Shown: piece after piece, positions 39,372-48,908 of the stretch | How the letters are laid out: each line of letters begins with the position of its first letter | How positions within the stretch are numbered: position 1 is the stretch's first letter | Source of the DNA: Candidatus Sungiibacteriota bacterium | GTDB lineage: Bacteria; Patescibacteriota; Minisyncoccia; Sungbacterales; SURF-37 | Length of the DNA: 64,000 nucleotides | Assembly: GCA_016186145.1 (NCBI GenBank) | Contig: JACPMF010000002.1 | Span: forward strand, 18,473 to 82,472 | Reading direction: 5' to 3' | The notes under the pieces: generated by a model | The model's input: the letters and a program-made list of their open reading frames with translations, nothing else | The model's database searches: none | Told to the model about the DNA's origin: nothing | Program-made: the position numbers and the translations under genes

Positions 39372-39480
39372 CAAAATTCAAAATGCAAATATCAAAATGA
39401 AATATAAAAATGCAAAAAACACCCCGTGGTACTCAACAAAATTCTCTTTGAATTTTCCTTTTTCATTTTGCATTTTGATG
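39372..39480. repeat. AT-rich long inverted repeat
   Basis: tcaaaattcaaaatgcaaatatcaaaatgaaa pairs with tttcattttgcattttgatgtttgattttga. The right arm encodes the KSKIKHQNAK C-terminus of the glycosyltransferase at 39463..40584. Confidence 0.4.
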
Positions 39481-40584
39481 TTTGATTTTTGACTTCAATA
39501 CTGCCTTATATATCTCGATATATTCCTTTGCCACCTTATCCCAACTCATTCTCTTTGCAAAATCAACCGACCCTTTCGAAAACTTTTCTTTCAGACGCGG
39601 GTCCAAGAGGATTTTAACAGCCGCAGCCGCCGCAGCGCCAGAATTCCTCGGCTCAACAAGAATACTATTTTCCCCATTTTCAACGGCATCTTCAGCTCCA
39701 TTTCCGTATGTGCCGACAATAGGCAAACCCGCTGCTGCAGCTTCCAAAAAAGCGAGGCCGAACCCCTCCACATCTCCCCGGTCATCATAAGGCAGCAACA
39801 TGAAGAGCTCGGCATTTCTATAAAGAGCCCTTAGAAACGGACGGCGTATCCCGAAAAAACAAAACGTTTTATCGGCAACGCCAAGACTTTCTGCCGGCGT
39901 GTTTTTAATATCGTGCCCGACAACGACATAATTGAGTCGGGGAAATTGCTTTATCACCTCGGCGAATGCCAAAAAAGAATATTCATATCCCTTCCGTTTT
40001 TTACCGCCGCCGACACTTAACATATACGGCTTCATTCTTTGAATCACAGCGCGTTCTTCTTCTATAAGTTCATCGTGATTGCTTCCGTCAAATTCACGCG
40101 AATCAACCGCATGACTGATGACGGAGATATCAAGACCTTTTGCCCGCAAGGAAATTTCTCTTTTTGTGTAATTTGAAACAGCAATAACTCGATCGGCGCG
40201 CCTATACGCCCAGCCGAGAAGCAGTCTTTTTACCGGATTCTGAAGTGGTTGAATCGCGCCGGTTCCCACGGCAGTAATTACAAGCCGCTTGCCAAGGCCG
40301 AGTGAAGCAACCGCGGCTATGACGCCATAGGGAAAACCGTCGAGAGCGTGAATAATATCACATTTTTTAAAAAAAGATCGGATTCGGGGAATCCTAAAAA
40401 TCATTTTTAACATATCCGAATGCAATACCGGCGCCTCCAAGGGGTGCCCGCAATCTTCCACGGTAAGAACAACCGGCCGTACTGCAGGACATGCCGCGGA
40501 AATCCCCGCTATGAAAGACAAGCCAAAACGTCCGGCTCCGGTATCCTCTTTTAAGTCATGATTTAGGTAGCAAATACGCATCAT
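39463..40584 (-). CDS. Glycosyltransferase family 4
   Basis: EGFGLAFLEAAAAGLPIVGT motif. Confidence 0.8.
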   Translation of the reverse strand: MMRICYLNHDLKEDTGAGRFGLSFIAGISAACPAVRPVVLTVEDCGHPLEAPVLHSDMLKMIFRIPRIRSFFKKCDIIHALDGFPYGVIAAVASLGLGKRLVITAVGTGAIQPLQNPVKRLLLGWAYRRADRVIAVSNYTKREISLRAKGLDISVISHAVDSREFDGSNHDELIEEERAVIQRMKPYMLSVGGGKKRKGYEYSFLAFAEVIKQFPRLNYVVVGHDIKNTPAESLGVADKTFCFFGIRRPFLRALYRNAELFMLLPYDDRGDVEGFGLAFLEAAAAGLPIVGTYGNGAEDAVENGENSILVEPRNSGAAAAAAVKILLDPRLKEKFSKGSVDFAKRMSWDKVAKEYIEIYKAVLKSKIKHQNAK

Positions 40585-40590
40585 ATTTCT

Positions 40591-41979
40591 TTACCCGCCG
40601 CGCCGTCTCCCGGTTGCCGATCTAAAAAAAGACCTGCCCTCCAGAAGGGCTCTTCTCATCAAGAGCCGATCGTCTTCGTCAAAAGAAAAAAACATTCCGA
40701 CTGGGAACCCCAAGACGGGATACTTTTTCCCTATTTGGCGGTATAAGAACCAGGTCCGCCAAATAACAGGAACAACCCCACCAACTCCCGCAGCAAGAAT
40801 TCCTATGAACGGGGCCAAAAGAATAAAAAGTCCGAAATTGATCGCGATCTCCGCGAAAAGCCTCGCGGCCAAAACTTTTTGCTCTCTTAGCGCGGTAAGA
40901 ACAGCCATCTCCAGCTGCTGCATCCCGTGGAAAGGAACAGAAACGAGAAAGACGGTAAAAAGAGGTATTGCAGAAAGATACTTCGGGAATAAAAACCCAA
41001 CAACCAGCGGCACAAAGAAAAAAGCGGCCGCCGCAAGGACCATTCCGAACAAAAGGGAGTACTTCATGCCGCGGCCAAAAATATAGCTAAGGCGCTTAAA
41101 ATCATTCACTTCCCACGCGAGCAGTGATGACGCCGCCGCCGGAAACAAGCCCTTTACCATAGTTATCAAATTTGCGGCAAGGGCATAAAGAGCAACCGCT
41201 TCCGTTCCCAAAAAGGTTACGATGAGCCACGGTTGAACTGGTTTTGCCGCCTTCTTTACCGCGGAGCGAAGCAACAGCCACGGTCCGTAGCGCTTAACAA
41301 TCGACTTAAACACAAACTCTTTTGACGCCGTTACGCCCCGTAAAAACCCCCGATACTCCCGAAAGAACGGCATAGCTACATACACAAGCGAAATCAAAAC
41401 ACCGACAAGTGTCGCGGCAAGCACGGTACTGATAGAGAGCCCTCCGAAAAAGAAAAACCAGGAAACAAGAACGAGCTTAGACGCTTCTTCTACGGCCGCG
41501 GCGCCAAGCCCCCGCAGCGACACCACTGCTCCTAAAAAAAGCTCGCCGATTGAACGGATTGCCCGAAGCCCCGCAATAAAACTTGCAACTTGAATATATG
41601 AACCAATATCCTTACCGTATATCTTTGCAACAATGTCGGCGCCGAAAAACAGCGCGAACGTCACGACAACGCCAAATCCAATTTTTAAAAAAGCGATCTC
41701 GGTAAAAAGCCGTTTTGCTTTCTCTTTACGATTATCACCAAGCTCCCGGGTAATATCATTTTGAACCACTTCGTCAAACAGGTTTACGGAAAACACGCCA
41801 TAGAGCACGAGAGCAGAAAGCACCAACTGATACAATCCGAACTCGTAAACCGAGAGCGCGGTAAGCGTAAGGAAAGAACTGGTAAGGCCGACGAAGGTGT
41901 TCGCCGATCCCCAAAGGCGCCCGAGCAGGTTTCCCCGCACAAAGCGTTCGGCAAAAGAATGAGGCGGTTTATAATTCAT
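40591..41979 (-). CDS. Polysaccharide biosynthesis protein / Wzx-like oligosaccharide flippase (MOP superfamily)
   Basis: About 12 TM helices, 462 aa, organised like the polysacc_synt family. Confidence 0.55.
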   Translation of the reverse strand: MNYKPPHSFAERFVRGNLLGRLWGSANTFVGLTSSFLTLTALSVYEFGLYQLVLSALVLYGVFSVNLFDEVVQNDITRELGDNRKEKAKRLFTEIAFLKIGFGVVVTFALFFGADIVAKIYGKDIGSYIQVASFIAGLRAIRSIGELFLGAVVSLRGLGAAAVEEASKLVLVSWFFFFGGLSISTVLAATLVGVLISLVYVAMPFFREYRGFLRGVTASKEFVFKSIVKRYGPWLLLRSAVKKAAKPVQPWLIVTFLGTEAVALYALAANLITMVKGLFPAAASSLLAWEVNDFKRLSYIFGRGMKYSLLFGMVLAAAAFFFVPLVVGFLFPKYLSAIPLFTVFLVSVPFHGMQQLEMAVLTALREQKVLAARLFAEIAINFGLFILLAPFIGILAAGVGGVVPVIWRTWFLYRQIGKKYPVLGFPVGMFFSFDEDDRLLMRRALLEGRSFFRSATGRRRGG

Positions 41980-43735
41980 AAATTTCTACAAATTTTCCGA
42001 GGCGCTGTATCCGAAAAAGATCCGCCAACGAAATCGTCGCAATCTCTCCGCCGGCGTCCGTCGCCGTTTCGAATTTTTGCCCGGCGCCGTTATCAAAACG
42101 CGCGACCAGGCGGCTTTGCCGAACCAATGCCGCCGACCGCGGATCTAAATCGCGTCTGTCAAAATAGTCATACTCCACTATGAAATAGCGAAATCCTTGT
42201 TTTCTGAAAAATTCAGCGTCGCTGATTTTTCTTTCTTGCGAATCACGCGATACAAAGTGCAAGTTTAAAAAATGATACGCCGGTTTGGGATATAGTTCAT
42301 CCGAAAACCTCAAGCGGGCGTAATCGGCGGCGCGAAGAGCGCCCGAATCAATCCGCTCAAGATTCTTAATCCCTTCTTTGGTATTAGGAATTCGCAAATA
42401 CTGGGAGTCGGCAAGAATTTTTTCACCCTCAAGGATATGCCGCGCTACCCACGCGCTCGCTTCCAACCGGGTATCGGGTTGAAAAATTAACCAGTCATAG
42501 CGAAAATCAGTTACGGATTGCCAGCCAAAAAACAAAATAACAAATAAAGCAGTAATCAAGTACTTCAATACAGCGCTGTATTGAAGTATTGCTAAGGCTA
42601 CCAATTTATTCCACAATACGTCGGCGGTGTGGCCGGCAAAAACGGCAAAGAGTGGCAGGATAAAAATCAGACCGCGCGGGATGGGATTAAAGAAAGAATA
42701 CAACAGTGCTAAGTACAAAACGACAAAAAGCGCACCACCCAAAACCCACCGAGGGTTTCTCTTAAAAAACAGAAACGCGGCCCCAAGAAGCGCAAAAACA
42801 AAGAGAATCGTTTCGTAACGAAGCAGAAGTTTGGTGTAAAACCACACGAACTCAATCAGGCCTAAAATACTTTTATCAGCGAGGCCGGAAAGCCTCTGAA
42901 CGACATCCACGCTTGGGCCGGAAGCGCCCTCCGCCCTTGTAAAACCGTACGGATAAAGCGCTACAAAGATAAGCGAGATTAACGCGAACAAAAGAATCGA
43001 AAAAATAAACTTCCGATCAACGATTTTTTTCCAAAAGGGAGTAGTTGCGGGCCGAAAGAAGTGAGCAAGCATGAACGGAACAAGCCCCACGACGCTTGCA
43101 GTATTTATCCCACCGACAGACACGCCAAGAAGAATCCCTATAGCGGCATATATTTTTGAGCCGCCCTCGCCGGCAGCAATTTTTGCCGAGAGAAACCAAA
43201 CCGCATAGATTAACAAAGCCGCCGGCATCCAATGCCGAACCACCTGGGAAAGCTGTAAATGATAAAAACTTACCGCGAGAAACAACGCCGCAAAAAGACC
43301 CGCCTTTTCGCTTTGAAAAAGTTTTCTGGCAAGAAGATAAACGAGAAATATATTGGCAATTCCAAAAAAAGCATTAAAAACTCTTCCAATAAGCCATATA
43401 AAACCGGGATCAACCGCAAGAGTATTCTTATAGTCAGTAAACGGCGGCAGACCGGAAAGCAAATAATGAATGCCGACAAACGGCGCAAGACCGATCAAAT
43501 AAAAATAAGACGGCCCGGGAGGGTAGTAAAGAACTTTTTTAAACTCATCCTGATGCAACGCGGGGACTAAAGTTTTCAACTCCGCCATCTTGAGTGCGCC
43601 GTATATGAGCGCGGGCTCATCTTTAACCAAAAAAAGCGGGAAGCCGTAAGCAATTCCCCCGAGGCGCAAGAATAGCGCGAGAAAAAGAATCCAGAAAATC
43701 GGCCTTTTTATAATTTTGAAAATCGGATACGCCAT
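41969..43735 (-). CDS. GT-C fold glycosyltransferase family 39 / ArnT-like (PMT_2) membrane protein
   Basis: N-terminal multi-TM region with the ArnT/PMT-type layout, then a roughly 200 aa C-terminal soluble domain. Confidence 0.5.
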   Translation of the reverse strand: MAYPIFKIIKRPIFWILFLALFLRLGGIAYGFPLFLVKDEPALIYGALKMAELKTLVPALHQDEFKKVLYYPPGPSYFYLIGLAPFVGIHYLLSGLPPFTDYKNTLAVDPGFIWLIGRVFNAFFGIANIFLVYLLARKLFQSEKAGLFAALFLAVSFYHLQLSQVVRHWMPAALLIYAVWFLSAKIAAGEGGSKIYAAIGILLGVSVGGINTASVVGLVPFMLAHFFRPATTPFWKKIVDRKFIFSILLFALISLIFVALYPYGFTRAEGASGPSVDVVQRLSGLADKSILGLIEFVWFYTKLLLRYETILFVFALLGAAFLFFKRNPRWVLGGALFVVLYLALLYSFFNPIPRGLIFILPLFAVFAGHTADVLWNKLVALAILQYSAVLKYLITALFVILFFGWQSVTDFRYDWLIFQPDTRLEASAWVARHILEGEKILADSQYLRIPNTKEGIKNLERIDSGALRAADYARLRFSDELYPKPAYHFLNLHFVSRDSQERKISDAEFFRKQGFRYFIVEYDYFDRRDLDPRSAALVRQSRLVARFDNGAGQKFETATDAGGEIATISLADLFRIQRLGKFVEIYEL

Positions 43736-44415
43736 GGTTCAATAAGCCCTTCCCAAATTATATGGGTATTTATTTTTGATTGGCCGGCTCTGCGTTCCGT
43801 AAAAACAATTGGGATTTCCTTTATACGCGCGCTACGGCGGTAAAACATTGTCCGAAGCGTAAACCACCAGGCATAACCGGACGGTTTTATTTTTTCGAAA
43901 GGCACCATCTTAAGAAAGTCGGTTCTCATACAGGAAAAACCGGCAGTACAATCCCGAATCGGCAGCCCGGTAATAAACCGCACGTATATATTCCCACCCC
44001 AAGAAAGAATCCTTCGCCATAACTCCCAATTCTCGATCCCGCCACCCTGCATATACCGCGACCCGATAACAAGATCACGGTTCTCTGCCGCCCCAACCAA
44101 TGCAGGAATGTACTTTGGATTGTGTGAAAAATCAGCATCAATAGTAACAACACAGTCATCACCCTCTTCGCTTAAAACCTTCCGGAACGCCGTTTGATAA
44201 GCCGACCCCATGCCAAGCTTTTCCGAACGCGTCATGACCGACACGCGCGAATCCTTTGCGGCATATTCGCGCACCAAACCGGCGGTGCCATCAGGAGACC
44301 CATCGTCAATCACCAAAATTCTTGTGTCCTCGGGCATATACCGAAAAATTTCCGTAATAAGCAAAACGATGTTCTCCCGTTCGTTGTAGGTTGGGATAAT
44401 AATACGCGCTTTCAT
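43708..44415 (-). CDS. GT2 polyprenol-phosphate sugar synthase (Dpm1/ArnC-like)
   Basis: IIIPTYNEREN, VIDDGSPDGT, and SRVSVMTR motifs of dolichol-phosphate mannosyltransferase-like GT2 enzymes. Confidence 0.75.
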   Translation of the reverse strand: MKARIIIPTYNERENIVLLITEIFRYMPEDTRILVIDDGSPDGTAGLVREYAAKDSRVSVMTRSEKLGMGSAYQTAFRKVLSEEGDDCVVTIDADFSHNPKYIPALVGAAENRDLVIGSRYMQGGGIENWELWRRILSWGGNIYVRFITGLPIRDCTAGFSCMRTDFLKMVPFEKIKPSGYAWWFTLRTMFYRRSARIKEIPIVFTERRAGQSKINTHIIWEGLIEPWRIRFSKL

Positions 44416-44430
44416 GAAAAAAAATAGAAA

Positions 44431-45549
44431 CTAGGAAAATAGTGCAATAAACTTCGGCAAGACCTTATTAAGATCGTACTTTTTAACCCACCCCTTTTCT
44501 TCTTCCGAAGTGCGGCGCATATCAGAAGTCGGCTCGGTAAGCAACTCAACAATTTTTGCCGCAAATCCGTTAATATCCCCGCTCCTGACAATATATTTCT
44601 GAAGTATTGGTGGCGTTATCTCTCCTACTCCGCCAACGTTGCTTGCAACATACGGAACGCCTGCGGCCATTGCCTCCAAAAGAACATGCGGGAATCCTTC
44701 TTCCTCGGACGGCATAAAGAAAACATCGGCAGCCGCAAAATAATTTTCAATTTCCGCATTAGGAACACTCCCGATTAAACGAACAAATCGTCCCAACCCT
44801 TGGTTTTTAACTTCCAACCTTAACCTTTCAAGCTCCGGGCCGTCGCCAACAATAACAAATATAACATTTTTAGACTGCCCTGTAACCGATTTAACGACGG
44901 GCACGATCACATGCGCCCCCTTCCTCCGCGACAGACGGTGCACAAAAAGAACTATTTTCCTATTACTGTCCACTCCGAATCTTTTCTTCGCAGAGCCACG
45001 ATCATGACCATTATCAAAACGAAGTATTTTAATCCAATTCGGCAGGATAATTATACGCTTTCGATCCAGGCGATAACGGCGGCCGTATTCTGATGCGATA
45101 CCGGCCGTTCCGGTAACTAAAATGTTGTGCCGCATTGCAAACCGAAATACGGTTTCCTCAAAAAATGAACGGCGATAAAGCCATGGCGCCCCGCAATTCC
45201 AATAATACGAAACGCCGCCAAAAAATGCCGTAACAAACCACGACGCCAATGCTCCATAAAACGAATAATGCGTGTAAAAATATCTTCTGCCCCTCATACG
45301 CTCGCGCATCAAAATAAAAAGAAGTTCTCCAAATCGTAGCGGCGGAAACGAAAACCTCTGACAATAAAAACGAAAAGGCGCATTACCAGGCAATAATTTT
45401 GCTTTTTCAATAACTAAAAAAATATCCAGATTCTCTCGCGCGCGCTCCAATAATTGATACAAATTAAAAAAATGGCTGCCGGTGGCAGGATCATACATCG
45501 GAAGAATATAGCAAATACCGGGTCTATGATTTTCAACCATCTGCAACAA
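44431..45549 (-). CDS. Glycosyltransferase family 4
   Basis: EEGFPHVLLEAMAAGVPYVAS motif. Confidence 0.8.
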   Translation of the reverse strand: MLQMVENHRPGICYILPMYDPATGSHFFNLYQLLERARENLDIFLVIEKAKLLPGNAPFRFYCQRFSFPPLRFGELLFILMRERMRGRRYFYTHYSFYGALASWFVTAFFGGVSYYWNCGAPWLYRRSFFEETVFRFAMRHNILVTGTAGIASEYGRRYRLDRKRIIILPNWIKILRFDNGHDRGSAKKRFGVDSNRKIVLFVHRLSRRKGAHVIVPVVKSVTGQSKNVIFVIVGDGPELERLRLEVKNQGLGRFVRLIGSVPNAEIENYFAAADVFFMPSEEEGFPHVLLEAMAAGVPYVASNVGGVGEITPPILQKYIVRSGDINGFAAKIVELLTEPTSDMRRTSEEEKGWVKKYDLNKVLPKFIALFS

Positions 45550-45684
45550 ATAATACCCAAAAGAGCCTGATAAAGTTGCTTTTTAACTATCCCATGACCC
45601 ATGACACTTTTACGCTTTATTGACTTCCACGCACAGATCAGTTAACTTCATTATAGAACTTTCGAATTCCATAGGGGGGCTGTC

Positions 45685-45903
45685 ATGCTGACAAACCGCG
45701 AAGTGGTTAAGCGTATCAATCGTTGGGCTAAGAAGCCGAGGGCCAGGGTGCCTGTTTGCGGTCATAACGAATCACATGGTCGATTAAAGGCCATCATCCT
45801 TAAGGACGGGGGACTTGGTAGCGAAGTTGTGATGTCCTGCACTCAATGTGATTTCAAAGAATTCGCTGAATTGCCCAATACCGCCTATCAGAAAGTTGCT
45901 TAG
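45685..45903 (+). CDS. Small hypothetical protein with Cys/His zinc-ribbon-like pairs
   Basis: 72 aa; VCGHNESHG and CTQCDF motifs. Preceded by a G6 Shine-Dalgarno (45674-45679). Confidence 0.45.
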   Translation: MLTNREVVKRINRWAKKPRARVPVCGHNESHGRLKAIILKDGGLGSEVVMSCTQCDFKEFAELPNTAYQKVA

Positions 45904-45913
45904 CTCTCGTCAC

Positions 45914-45937
45914 GGACCCGCAATGTCGGGTCCTTTT
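45914..45937 (+). terminator. Intrinsic terminator
   Basis: ggacccg-caatgt-cgggtcc followed by tttt. Confidence 0.55.
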
Positions 45938-45961
45938 CATATCCCTACGCCCCATGACATC

Positions 45962-45990
45962 TCTGTTATTTCAACGGTGTCCCGTGGTGA
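45962..45990. repeat. Conserved 29-bp upstream element, copy 1
   Basis: tctgttatttcaacggtgtcccgtggtga, followed by TTGACT and a ttccattctact box. Repeated at 46316-46344 with 1 mismatch. Confidence 0.6.
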
Positions 45991-46056
45991 CTCTTGACTT
46001 TTCCATTCTACTGGATGATATTAGTATCAGTACATTTAACCAACGGGGAGGTTGTC

Positions 46057-46278
46057 ATGGAAACATTTAAGGGATTACTGCTACTTATCGTTTTATCTGT
46101 TGCAGTCGGTCTTGCGACGTGGTGGGCATCCCCTTTTGATGGCTTCTGGCTTCCTCGTTTTGTTCTCTTCCTGTTTTTCGAGGCATCCGTGGTTATGAGT
46201 ATATTCGGTGCCCTCGCCCTAATTGCTATGCCCTTTGCCTTAATGCTCGGAGCTGTCCCCGAAAATAAATCGCGATAA
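46057..46278 (+). CDS. Small two-TM membrane protein
   Basis: 73 aa. GGGGAGG Shine-Dalgarno (46045-46051), 5-nt spacer, ATG at 46057. Confidence 0.5.
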   Translation: METFKGLLLLIVLSVAVGLATWWASPFDGFWLPRFVLFLFFEASVVMSIFGALALIAMPFALMLGAVPENKSR

Positions 46279-46315
46279 TCGCCCAGTGCCATGGCTCTCT
46301 ACGACCCGTGGCATT

Positions 46316-46344
46316 TCTGTTACTTCAACGGTGTCCCGTGGTGA
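46316..46344. repeat. Conserved 29-bp upstream element, copy 2
   Basis: tctgttacttcaacggtgtcccgtggtga, followed by a tcccattcgact box. Confidence 0.6.
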
Positions 46345-46417
46345 TTATTGCGGTTATCTTCCCATTCGACTATCCTTAAGATAAATCAGTTCTTTGCTTT
46401 TCGTGGGGGGGGTTACC

Positions 46418-46633
46418 ATGGGCAGATATTGGGTTTGGATGGCCTTATCTTTGGCCCTTGTTGGTCTGTTCTTCGGGATTCTTGGTGCCTATAAAATGGT
46501 TACTTCGCAAAATTTCCAAAGCTTGTGGTATATGATCTTTGGCATTGCCATCCTTTGTACAAATTTGATTTGGATAAAGAGAATGTGTAAGAAATATCCT
46601 CCGTCAACCACTACAAAACACGTCATCTTCTAA
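46418..46633 (+). CDS. Small two-TM membrane protein
   Basis: 71 aa. Preceded by a G8 homopolymer (46405-46412) acting as the Shine-Dalgarno. Confidence 0.5.
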   Translation: MGRYWVWMALSLALVGLFFGILGAYKMVTSQNFQSLWYMIFGIAILCTNLIWIKRMCKKYPPSTTTKHVIF

Positions 46634-46727
46634 TATCCTTCCATTCAATGAGCCGTTCCTACGGCTCTTTATCTTTGCCTCTACGAACCATGACACTTTT
46701 TATACTTCAGCAATGTCATAACAATAC

Positions 46728-47390
46728 CTAACTTCTGCGCACCTCTTCCAATCGCGCCTCTGTTCCAGCATCCTGCCAAAAACCGTTATGCAAAAAAACG
46801 TGGAGACTTCCAGATTCCGCAAGACGAGGAAATACGTCTTTTTCGATCATAAATGTTTTTTCCATAATTCCCTCAAAATGTTTTGGATGTAAAATGTAAC
46901 AACCGGCATTGATATATCCCGGCTTCAACTCGGCCGGTTTTTCTAAAAATGCTTTTATGCGACCGTCTTTGATTTCCAAAAGTCCGAAATCGCGCGCATC
47001 TTCGCGCCACGCGCCAACTATACATGGCATTCCCGGCTTATGCGTTTTTAAAAGCGACGTAAAATCAATATCGTTCATCACATCTCCGTTCAAAACCATA
47101 AAATCCTCGCCGATATCGCTTGTGGCAAACTTAACAGCACCCCCCGTCCCGAGCGGCTCCGGTTCAACAACATGTTCAATATAACCCTTGCCGTTGTCGG
47201 TCAGATGCGCAATTATTTGATCCGCCCGGAAACCCAAAGACAGCCGTATATCTTTAAGACCGTGCTTCTCAAGGCCCTCAACGATGTGATCAAGCATCGC
47301 CTTGCCGCGAATCTTAACAAGCGCTTTCGGAATATCTTTTGCCGAATTCGGAAGACGCGTTCCCTTGCCTCCGGCAAGTATTATGACCTT
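46728..47390 (-). CDS. Sugar-phosphate nucleotidyltransferase (NTP_transferase family)
   Basis: MKVIILAGGKGTRLP...KAL motif. ATG at 47390. Confidence 0.75.
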   Translation of the reverse strand, partial: KVIILAGGKGTRLPNSAKDIPKALVKIRGKAMLDHIVEGLEKHGLKDIRLSLGFRADQIIAHLTDNGKGYIEHVVEPEPLGTGGAVKFATSDIGEDFMVLNGDVMNDIDFTSLLKTHKPGMPCIVGAWREDARDFGLLEIKDGRIKAFLEKPAELKPGYINAGCYILHPKHFEGIMEKTFMIEKDVFPRLAESGSLHVFLHNGFWQDAGTEARLEEVRRS

Positions 47391-47392
47391 CA

Positions 47393-47687
47393 TCCCACAC
47401 ATAACTAATGCGTAAAACTATTGCGAAGTCTTTCCTTGAGCCTCCGCAGTCCCTGCGCATGTAGCTTTAAAGATTTCTCCCGATTATATGCATCTATTTT
47501 TGAAGAGTATGCCTCAAAATATACAAGGCGCCATGGAGCATACTTTTTGGTGTGGTATGAAAAACCACTATTATGCCACGAAAGTCGTTTCTGCAAATTA
47601 GAAGTACATCCTATATACAAACTGCGATTTTTCTTAGATTGTAAGAGATATACACAATAAAGCATAGCGCATTAGTTATGTGTGGGA
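47393..47687. mobile_element. TIR-bounded mini-element carrying a GIY-YIG nuclease gene (cccacacataact family)
   Basis: Perfect 19-20-bp TIRs: tcccacacataactaatgcg (47393-47412) and cgcattagttatgtgtggga (47668-47687). Flanked by ttcat on both sides. Confidence 0.6.
47405..47665 (-). CDS. GIY-YIG nuclease family protein (YhbQ-like)
   Basis: MLYCVYLLQS...LYIGCTSNLQKRLSWHN. Confidence 0.8.
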   Translation of the reverse strand: MLYCVYLLQSKKNRSLYIGCTSNLQKRLSWHNSGFSYHTKKYAPWRLVYFEAYSSKIDAYNREKSLKLHAQGLRRLKERLRNSFTH

Positions 47688-47741
47688 TTCATAAACAAAA
47701 GAAGTGATACTTCTGTCTATTCCGTAATACCCTCAAAAGCA

Positions 47742-48908
47742 TCACAAAGTACTCAAACGGCCGATAATGCGTTCGGTCCGTTTTTTCCACGTATGATCTC
47801 CGGCTATTTCCAGCGCGCGGACGGCGCGCCTTCTTGACTCCGTGCGATCAGTAACCGCCCGATTTATGCCTTCCGCCAATGCTTCGGCGTTTTCCGGCTC
47901 AACCAAAAACGCCGAAGCATCGTCAATAATTTCCCTTATAGAATTCAAATCAGAAGCGACAATCGGCACGCCGCTTGCCATGTATTCAAAAATCTTCATC
48001 GGCGACATGTAAAAATTATAATGATCGTTTTTAGGAAACGGCGATATCAAAACATCGCACATTTTCAGATACTGGGGAACGCTGGAATGTTTAACCCAAC
48101 CGGTAAAAATAAGCTTCCGCTCTATGCCCATACCGGACGCCATTCTTTTATAATAGTCCGCATCTTCTTTACTTCCTCCGATTATAAGGGCCTTAAAATC
48201 GGGGCCAAGCAACTTCATAGCGCTAAACAGAGTTCCAACACCCTTTTCCATGTCCATAGTCCGCAACGAACCTGCGTAGCCGATCAAAAAGGTCTCCTCC
48301 GGAATATCGTAAGATTTTCTTAACAATACGCCATTGCCGGCCCCTGAAAAAGATTCAACATCAACAGCGTTTGGCTCATAGAAAAGCCTCTCTGCGGGCA
48401 CATCAAACAATTCGGCAATGCGCCCCTGTTTCCACCGGTTTGTAACAACCGCAAAACGGACGCGCCTGAAAAGCGTTTTATAAAATCTTGTATTACGAGG
48501 GAAATCATGCACTTCGTAAACAGTGTTTGGGAACCTCAACGAGGCAAAAAGAAGCGGCAACGCCTCATTTGAATACACGACAGCATCTTTTTTTGCAAAA
48601 AACAAAAGATACAGCAAAACCATTTTTGAAAACACGATATAACTTGCCGCAAAAGCCAGCCGCTTAAAAAAAGGCAGAAAAAGTAAGTCAATGGTCGGAA
48701 GATAAACAACCTTAAAATTATTTTTTACACCGTAAAATTCCGCAGGAGTGTTTCTTGATCTGCCGAGACGCCTCGGCGCGAGAAAAGTAACGGACACGCC
48801 AGCATCGGCAAACGCCTCCGCATTTTTTGCGGCAAAAACTGCCGCCGCTTTCTCGCCGGGAAATCTGCCGTGAAATATCAAAAATAGCTCTTTATGCACT
48901 GGCCTCAT
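47742..48908 (-). CDS. Glycosyltransferase family 4
   Basis: KIFEYMASGVPIVASDL motif. Confidence 0.8.
   Translation of the reverse strand: MRPVHKELFLIFHGRFPGEKAAAVFAAKNAEAFADAGVSVTFLAPRRLGRSRNTPAEFYGVKNNFKVVYLPTIDLLFLPFFKRLAFAASYIVFSKMVLLYLLFFAKKDAVVYSNEALPLLFASLRFPNTVYEVHDFPRNTRFYKTLFRRVRFAVVTNRWKQGRIAELFDVPAERLFYEPNAVDVESFSGAGNGVLLRKSYDIPEETFLIGYAGSLRTMDMEKGVGTLFSAMKLLGPDFKALIIGGSKEDADYYKRMASGMGIERKLIFTGWVKHSSVPQYLKMCDVLISPFPKNDHYNFYMSPMKIFEYMASGVPIVASDLNSIREIIDDASAFLVEPENAEALAEGINRAVTDRTESRRRAVRALEIAGDHTWKKRTERIIGRLSTL

Noticed and set aside
47756-47782. Terminator-like hairpin plus T6 (aacggccga...tcggtccgtt tttttt)
   Set aside because: It lies inside the 3' coding end of the GT4 gene 47742-48908 (it encodes the RTE...IGRLSTL C-terminus). 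The stem is imperfect and on the strand opposite the gene, so it is not a terminator.
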